This document shows positions 58,023-64,000 of a stretch of DNA of 64,000 bases, piece by piece. Under the pieces are notes generated by a model. That model saw only the letters and a list, made by a program, of their open reading frames with translations. It ran no database searches and had not been told where the DNA came from. Positions within the stretch are counted from its first letter, which is position 1; every line of letters begins with the position of its first letter. The position numbers were made by a program, and so were the translations under genes. The DNA lies in the sequence record MH460460.1; one strand, 5' to 3'.

Positions 58023-58805
58023 ATGGCTAAAGCAAAGAAAACCTCTAACGTAGCAATGGAAACTCTGGCTAAAATGGCTGGCCTGCTTGTAGAAGCGGCT
58101 GCCGATGCAGAAGTTGCAGAACTTCTCGCCGAAGCCGGTCTGACCGTTGCCGCTAAAGGTAAAGGCAAAGCTAAAGCTGCTAAAGCTGAACCGAAAGCAA
58201 AAGGCGGCAAGAAAAAGAAAGTAACTGCCGCACAAATCGTTGAAGCCATCGAAGATGGTGAGTCCATCGAACTCGAAGGCACCGACGAAGAAGTTCTGCG
58301 CGAAGCCGTGGTCAAAGCGAAACTGACCAGTAAGAAAAAAGCGGCGAGCCTTGATGAAGAGGAACTGCTGGAACTGATTCAGGAAGCGTTGGGTTCTTCT
58401 GATGACGAAGAAGAAGACGACGAAGACGAAGACGACGAGGATGATTCTGATGAAGATGATTCCGACGACGAAGACGACGAAGACGAAGACGACGAGGATG
58501 ATGAAGACTCGGACGACGACGAAGACGACGAAGACGGCGACGACGAAGATGATGAGGACGACGAGGACGACGAAGACGAGGACGAAGATGACGAAGATGA
58601 AGATCGTGATCTGGAAGACCTCGACGAAGACGAACTCCGCGCGTTAGCCATCGAAGAAGGCGTGTTCACCAAAGCGCAGGCCAAAAAGAAAGACGAAGAT
58701 GCACTCCGCGAAGCGCTGGAAGCTCACTTCGCTGGTGACGAAGATGAAGACGAAGACGACGAAGACTTCGACGACGAAGACGACGAAGACGAAGACGACG
58801 AGTAA
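58023..58805 (+). CDS. Basic-N/acidic-C nucleoid-like protein with two HeH-like modules
   Basis: AKGKGKAKAAKAEPKAK; long D/E tracts; DEEVLREAVV..., DEDELRALAI... Confidence 0.8.
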   Translation: MAKAKKTSNVAMETLAKMAGLLVEAAADAEVAELLAEAGLTVAAKGKGKAKAAKAEPKAKGGKKKKVTAAQIVEAIEDGESIELEGTDEEVLREAVVKAKLTSKKKAASLDEEELLELIQEALGSSDDEEEDDEDEDDEDDSDEDDSDDEDDEDEDDEDDEDSDDDEDDEDGDDEDDEDDEDDEDEDEDDEDEDRDLEDLDEDELRALAIEEGVFTKAQAKKKDEDALREALEAHFAGDEDEDEDDEDFDDEDDEDEDDE

Positions 58806-58982
58806 TTAATCTTCAACTGCGGCACGCCCCGCTAAGTTGTATGACGAGCGCGGGGCAAAAAATCTTCAAAAAACTTTGAAGAAAATTTTGTAGAAGTATG
58901 TTGAACATGCTAATGTACTTCTACGCAGAAAACGAATTCTGTTTTTACTCCACAACGAACAAATTGAATTTAAGGATTTATC

Positions 58983-59501
58983 ATGTCTAAGAAAGTAATC
59001 TCCGGCCTGAACAAACAAATCAAATCCATCGAAAAATCCGATGCCGCTCTGGTGAAGACCATCGAAGGTTTGCAGAAACAGCGCGAAAATCTGGCGTCTA
59101 CCAAAGACGGTCTGACCGAACAGGTTGCCGCTCTGTCCGGCGAAGCTGCTGCTCCGGCTGCTAAAGGCAAAGCGAAAGCTGAACCGAAAGCGAAAGCTGC
59201 TAAAGCTGATCCGAAAGGCAAAGGCAAAAAAGCCGCCGAAGAAAAACCGGCTAAAGCCAAAAAAGAAAAAGCTGCTAAAGCTGAGAAGCCTGCTAAGGCT
59301 GACAAGAAAGCGGCTAAAGGCGAAGGCAAAAAAGCCAAAGCTGAAAAGCCCGCCAAAGCTGATAAAAAAGCTGCGAAAGGCGAAGGCAAAAAAGCCAAAG
59401 CTGAAAAGCCTGCTAAGGGCAAAAAAGTGAAAGGCGAAAAAGCCAGCAAGAAAAAAGGTAAAAACGCCGACGCAGGTTTTGAATTCGAACTGGACGATTA
59501 A
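58983..59501 (+). CDS. Histone H1-like (K/A/P-rich) protein with N-terminal coiled coil
   Basis: KAEKPAKADKKAAKGEGKKA repeats. Confidence 0.8.
   Translation: MSKKVISGLNKQIKSIEKSDAALVKTIEGLQKQRENLASTKDGLTEQVAALSGEAAAPAAKGKAKAEPKAKAAKADPKGKGKKAAEEKPAKAKKEKAAKAEKPAKADKKAAKGEGKKAKAEKPAKADKKAAKGEGKKAKAEKPAKGKKVKGEKASKKKGKNADAGFEFELDD
59279..59417 (+). repeat. 60-bp degenerate tandem repeat in the histone-like gene
   Basis: Two units plus partial encoding AEKPAKADKKAAKGEGKKAK. Confidence 0.85.
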
Positions 59502-59528
59502 TAGTTCCCTGCGCTGATTAAGTTGATA

Positions 59529-59560
59529 CGGGTTAGGGATTATCTCCCTAGCCCGTTTTT
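59529..59560 (+). terminator. Terminator after histone-like gene
   Basis: CGGGTTAGGGA/TCCCTAGCCCG then TTTTT. Confidence 0.8.
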
Positions 59561-59594
59561 CGTTTCTGGTCGATTTTTCTCGATAGGTTTCCAA

Positions 59595-59936
59595 ATGGAT
59601 CTTCACTCACGTTTCAAAAAACTTAACGAAGACTTGCTCGAACTTCAACAAGCTGTTCATCGCGTCGTTCGTATCTCTCCTTCAAAGTTCGCCGTTTGTT
59701 TTTATGATCGTCATGAGCAATCGCTTCGAACCAACGTTATTGATTCTCGTACAGCACACGAAATAAAACTCATTCAAGAAATGTCTGGCGCTGAGTTGCA
59801 ATCCTATGGCGCTTTCGTTTCAGCCATTCAAGAATGGTGTGAAGCTGAATCCCCCGGTGAATTCCCTATTCCATTAGACAAAGCAGACTCTGATAGCTAC
59901 CGCACGCTAATTGATGCGATGACGATCCGGGAATAG
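59595..59936 (+). CDS. Hypothetical protein
   Basis: ATG 59595 after terminator. Confidence 0.55.
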   Translation: MDLHSRFKKLNEDLLELQQAVHRVVRISPSKFAVCFYDRHEQSLRTNVIDSRTAHEIKLIQEMSGAELQSYGAFVSAIQEWCEAESPGEFPIPLDKADSDSYRTLIDAMTIRE

Positions 59937-59939
59937 CAA

Positions 59940-59996
59940 CTCTGCAAATCTGTGTCCAAAACGTCGATAGCTTATCTAATACTTTCGTGCTAGAAT
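59940..59996 (+). promoter_or_regulatory. Class-E promoter (topoisomerase operon)
   Basis: CTCTGCAAA, TGTCCAAAA at 59953; TAGAAT at 59991. Confidence 0.75.
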
Positions 59997-60054
59997 AGGC
60001 GGCGGGGAAATCCGTACATTAGACGTGTGAGGGAATCACGTTCGGAGAAAAATC

Positions 60055-62115
60055 ATGGCGAAGAAAGCCGAAGTAAAAGTTCTAAAAAAGAAAGTAGTAG
60101 CCAAAGCGGTTGGAAAAGAAATCAAGAGCAAGAAAAATGCTCAAGAGGGATTCACCGCTCTTTCTGTAATGGAAGGCTTGCGTAAAAACCCCGGTATGTA
60201 TCTCGGCGAACCGGGCGAAGATATGGCATATCGTTGCGTCAAAGAAGTTACCGACAACGCATACGATGAAGCCGTGGCAGGACGAAATAAATTAATCGAA
60301 GTGATCTTCAACGAAGACAAAGATATTTATATCGTTGCTGATGGTGCTGGCGGCATTCCGACAACTGTTAAAAAGATTTACGATGGATCTTCCGAAGCGA
60401 TCATGACTTCCGCATTTACGCGTGTTCACGCTGGCGGTAAATTTGATAACGCTGCATACAAAACTTCTGCTGGTACGCATGGTGTTGGTGTTACTGCTGT
60501 TAACGCCGTGTCAGAAAGAATTCGTGTGTGGTCGAACTTCGAAAAGAAAACAAAAGGCATGGAGTATTCCAAAGGCGAATGCGTAACAGCAATCAAGAAT
60601 TGGGAAGTCGATGCTGATGTTGTGAAGCTGCTGCAAGATCCGGCGAAAAAATACGGAACGATTGTCGCGTGGACTCTCGACCAAACTGTTGTGAGTATCG
60701 ACTCGCGCCGTGGTAAAAAACTGCCGAAGGATTACACTCACGCAAAACTTAACGTTGAGCGTACTCGCGAATGGTTGCAGGCAATGTCTGATCTCAATCC
60801 GGGATTAGAGATTCGCTTTACGCACATCAAAGATAAAAAAGGTAAGCGCACTGTTTTCTTAAACAAGAAAACTATGAGCGATGTAGTTAAACGCATTGCA
60901 GACGAGCGCGAATTGGTTTTGGACGGCAAGCCGTTCGAACTGAAAACTGATTACGTTTCTATCGCGATCAGTTGGGCTGATTATCCGGATACCGATTTGT
61001 TGCGCACGTTCGTAAACACGTCTCCTACTCTGGATCATGGCTGGCACGTAACAGGTTTCAGAAGCGCTCTCGAAGCTGCATTGAAACCGTATCTGCCGAA
61101 AGCGAAGAAAGGCGGCAAAACATTTACGGCAAGTGATTTGCTTGTCGGTGTTATTGGCATGTTCGACTGGCGTATGCACGGCGCACAATATACATCGCAG
61201 GTAAAAGATAAACTTGCTAGTCGTGTTGAAAAAGAAGTTCAGGCGATCATTGAAAAACCGTTGACCGATTTCTTTGCGAAAAATAAATCTCTCGCGAAGA
61301 AAATCATCAAACGCGCAGAAGCAATGATGAAAGGCCGTGATGAGTTGAGCGCTGTTATTCGTTCGATGGCTGACACGAAGAAAAAAGTTGCTGGTAATTC
61401 GTTGCCTCCGTTCCTCGAAGCTGCGCCGCGTTGTAAACCGTTTGAGCGTGAATTGGTTGTGGTGGAAGGTGACTCCGCAGGCGGTACAGGTAAGAACGCT
61501 CGCGATCCTTACTATCAAGAGATCATGAAAGCTGGCGGTAAACCTCTTAACGGTTTGAAAGCGCCGCTGGCAAAAGTGCTTGTGCATAAACAGGTGCAAG
61601 GTTTGTTGGTGAGTATTGGCGCGGATTTAAAAACACTCGATCCCAAAGCAGAGAATCCAACTCTGAGCACGGAAAAATTACGCATTGGTAATCTGCTGTT
61701 CCTCGCAGATGCTGACCCGGATGGCAGTCACATTAACACGCTGTTCCTCGCTGTTATCTATCGACTGTTGCCGGATATGATGCGCGAAGGCCGTGTATGG
61801 GTTGTCGATGCTCCACTCTATAACGTGATGTACAAAGGCAAACATTATGGCGGCATGACGTTTGAAGAGTGTCGTGCGATTGCGCCTAGCGCCGTTAAGG
61901 ATAGCGAAATCGTTCGTGCGAAAGGTTGGGGTGAAGTTAACCCTGATGTTCTGCGTGCGATTGCATTCGATCCGGAAACGCGCCGACTCATTCGAATCAA
62001 TCCGTTTGAGAACGCAGAGCAAGAACGTTTCTTCCGTGGTGTCGTTGCGGAGGACGCGATCTATCGCCGCCGTTTGTTAGGTCTGGTTGAAGTAAATGCA
62101 GGGGATGAAGAATAA
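60055..62115 (+). CDS. gyrB: Type IIA topoisomerase, ATPase/TOPRIM subunit (GyrB/ParE-like)
   Basis: [52 protein letters not shown]. Confidence 0.95.
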   Translation: MAKKAEVKVLKKKVVAKAVGKEIKSKKNAQEGFTALSVMEGLRKNPGMYLGEPGEDMAYRCVKEVTDNAYDEAVAGRNKLIEVIFNEDKDIYIVADGAGGIPTTVKKIYDGSSEAIMTSAFTRVHAGGKFDNAAYKTSAGTHGVGVTAVNAVSERIRVWSNFEKKTKGMEYSKGECVTAIKNWEVDADVVKLLQDPAKKYGTIVAWTLDQTVVSIDSRRGKKLPKDYTHAKLNVERTREWLQAMSDLNPGLEIRFTHIKDKKGKRTVFLNKKTMSDVVKRIADERELVLDGKPFELKTDYVSIAISWADYPDTDLLRTFVNTSPTLDHGWHVTGFRSALEAALKPYLPKAKKGGKTFTASDLLVGVIGMFDWRMHGAQYTSQVKDKLASRVEKEVQAIIEKPLTDFFAKNKSLAKKIIKRAEAMMKGRDELSAVIRSMADTKKKVAGNSLPPFLEAAPRCKPFERELVVVEGDSAGGTGKNARDPYYQEIMKAGGKPLNGLKAPLAKVLVHKQVQGLLVSIGADLKTLDPKAENPTLSTEKLRIGNLLFLADADPDGSHINTLFLAVIYRLLPDMMREGRVWVVDAPLYNVMYKGKHYGGMTFEECRAIAPSAVKDSEIVRAKGWGEVNPDVLRAIAFDPETRRLIRINPFENAEQERFFRGVVAEDAIYRRRLLGLVEVNAGDEE

Positions 62116-63797
62116 TGGCAACCATTAAGCCGAAGAAAAACGCGAAGCCAGAAAAAACGAAAGTTAAACCTGCTGCGAAATCGAAAGCCGTTGCGAAGAA
62201 ATCCAAAGGCATTGAAGTTGCCGATATCAAGCCGGGTAAAAAACTCAAAAAGAAAACTGATACTGCAATCACTACCGCAGTAGAAAGTAAGTATCCGCTC
62301 AAAGGACAGAAGCCTGAAAACATTCGTGACGAAGGTTTGGCTGCGTTTACTGAGCGTGAGTTGCGTAAGTATGGATCTTACGTTGTGGAAGATCGCGCCA
62401 TTCCAGATTTTCGTGATGGTTTGAAACCTGTTCACCGTGCGATCATTTGGGCAATGTCGGATCTCAATCTGTTGCCGTCCGGTGGTTTTAAAAAGAGTGC
62501 GCGTGTTGTTGGTGATGCTCTCGGTAAATATCATCCTCATGGTGATGGTGCGTGTTATGGCGCAATGGTTACGGTTGCTAACACCGTGCCCCCTGCTGTA
62601 GATGGTCAAGGCAATTGGGGAACGCCAACTGATCCATTTGCTGCGATGCGTTATACCGAAGCAAAACAAAGCCGCTTCACGCAAATGTTTTTGCTCGATA
62701 AAAACTATTTGCAAGTTACGCCGATGGTTAGCAACTTCTCTAACGATATGAAGTTGCCTCTTCACCTTCCGGCGCTGTTACCGTTCATGTTGTTTGCTGG
62801 TACGGTTCCGGCTCCGGCGTATGGTGTGAAGTGCGGAAACCCAACGTTCACTTTCGCCAGCGTTGCGCGTGTCGTAATTGATATGCTTAACGGCGTTGAA
62901 TACGATCACAAAAAACTCGCGAAGACATTAGTTATTCAGCATGAGTTTGGTTGTAAGAACATTACTTCCAGTAGCGAAATGTTGAACCTGATGCGAACCG
63001 GGCGCGGCAAAGTAACTTACGAACCGGAAATGAAAATTGATCTGAAACGCAAAACGATTGTGATTCAGACGTTCGTTCCTCTCGGATTCGCGTCGGAAGA
63101 CGGCATTGAAAAAATGCTGACGAAGTTCGCTTCTATTCAGGGCGTATCAACTGCGCATTCTGTTGGCGGCGAGCGAAATCCGGATGCGGGTACTTATGGT
63201 TGTGCTGTTGAAGTTGTGATCGGTCGCGGTGTTGATGAAGATCGTTTCTATGAGATCGCGCAGGAAGTTCAAAAGCTCGTTACCAAATCCGTTTCGTATA
63301 TTCTCGGTGTCACTGTTCGTCATGCAGATAAGCCGAATAGCTTTAAGTATCTCGATTATCTCTCCTACTTCAAAGCGTGGGTGACGTATCGTAAGAAACT
63401 CGAAGTGCGTATGTTGGATTGGTTGATTACGCGTGCGCAGAAAGAACTCCACTTGCAGGAAGTTTATTTATTCGCAGTAGAGAACAAAGACAAGTTGCTT
63501 AAAGCGCTGCCTAAAGTTCTGGCTTCGAAGACTCCTGATGAGGCGCTCGCGAAAGCAATCAAGCTCCCGGTCGAAGATGCAAAAATCATTTTGGATCGTC
63601 AGGTGCGTAAACTGGCGACGCTTGAGAAAGCCGATCTGGTTGCGAAAATTAAATCGTTGAAATCCGATATCGCTGGCTGGCAGAAAGGCTTGAAGGCTCC
63701 GGGCAAGTATGCAGGGAAAGACACGGAAGATCGTGTTGTTCGTTACTTGAAAAATCCGGATGAGAACAAGCCTAAACTCGGCTACGGAAAACTGTAA
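62115..63797 (+). CDS. gyrA: Type IIA topoisomerase, breakage-reunion subunit (GyrA/ParC-like, no CTD)
   Basis: [40 protein letters not shown]. Confidence 0.95.
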   Translation: MATIKPKKNAKPEKTKVKPAAKSKAVAKKSKGIEVADIKPGKKLKKKTDTAITTAVESKYPLKGQKPENIRDEGLAAFTERELRKYGSYVVEDRAIPDFRDGLKPVHRAIIWAMSDLNLLPSGGFKKSARVVGDALGKYHPHGDGACYGAMVTVANTVPPAVDGQGNWGTPTDPFAAMRYTEAKQSRFTQMFLLDKNYLQVTPMVSNFSNDMKLPLHLPALLPFMLFAGTVPAPAYGVKCGNPTFTFASVARVVIDMLNGVEYDHKKLAKTLVIQHEFGCKNITSSSEMLNLMRTGRGKVTYEPEMKIDLKRKTIVIQTFVPLGFASEDGIEKMLTKFASIQGVSTAHSVGGERNPDAGTYGCAVEVVIGRGVDEDRFYEIAQEVQKLVTKSVSYILGVTVRHADKPNSFKYLDYLSYFKAWVTYRKKLEVRMLDWLITRAQKELHLQEVYLFAVENKDKLLKALPKVLASKTPDEALAKAIKLPVEDAKIILDRQVRKLATLEKADLVAKIKSLKSDIAGWQKGLKAPGKYAGKDTEDRVVRYLKNPDENKPKLGYGKL

Positions 63798-63874
63798 ATA
63801 CTAATTGGGATCTGTAGACTAGGAATATTCCTAATACTGTAAATAATAGTAATTAGGAACTGTAAACAGATCCC
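63792..63874 (+). promoter_or_regulatory. Cluster of class-L motifs with palindromes
   Basis: CTGTAAA at 63792, 63837, 63860; CTGTAGA at 63812. Confidence 0.55.
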
Positions 63875-64000
63875 TTTTCCGCATACCAGAATGTTTTGTG
63901 GTATGCTTAGAGTCAAAGACGGCTCTCACTCTCGTTACGAGGTTATTTGAATGAACTCTCCAGTTGTTGCACTACGCAACCGTATTGATGATGTTGTTGA

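Noticed and set aside
62061-62765. 234-aa minus-strand ORF
   Set aside because: Typical antisense frame of conserved gyrA-like coding sequence
60055-63797. Bona fide supercoiling gyrase acquired from the host
   Set aside because: A subunit lacks the CTD and GyrA box and both subunits are highly divergent; gyrB/gyrA symbols are used only as family labels

Overview
A 64-kb, all plus-strand, densely packed segment of a large lytic dsDNA (jumbo-type) phage genome, roughly mid-40s % GC by eye. A YbiI-like TraR protein points to an enterobacterial host. From memory only (unverified), the gene set recalls the Erwinia Y3 / Dickeya JA / Pseudomonas Lu11-PaBG / Ralstonia RSL1 type myoviruses. Recognisable genes: a divergent sigma70-family factor, gp32-like SSB, RecA/UvsX, two DNA methyltransferases, GNAT, Tpt1/KptA, TraR/DksA, UvsE, dUTPase, lytic transglycosylase, an HD hydrolase, a histone-H1-like protein and a two-subunit type IIA topoisomerase; about 80 other ORFs are hypothetical. 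No tRNA, CRISPR array, integrase or transposase was seen. Main observations: (1) a network of charge-blocked disordered proteins (acidic scaffolds carrying a repeated helix-loop-helix module, a basic H1-like protein, an SSB with alternating D and K blocks, and Lys-rich tags on RecA and both topoisomerase subunits), which may build a condensate-like replication compartment; (2) two phage-specific promoter classes with fixed geometry, often overlapping upstream stop codons; (3) two adjacent methyltransferases sharing a degenerate C-terminal MTase module; (4) candidate counter-defence enzymes (NADAR-like, class-I-PDE-like HD); (5) candidate sRNA/riboswitch-like elements and an Sm/Hfq-like protein. 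All functional calls are by-eye motif recognition and need HMM or structure confirmation.
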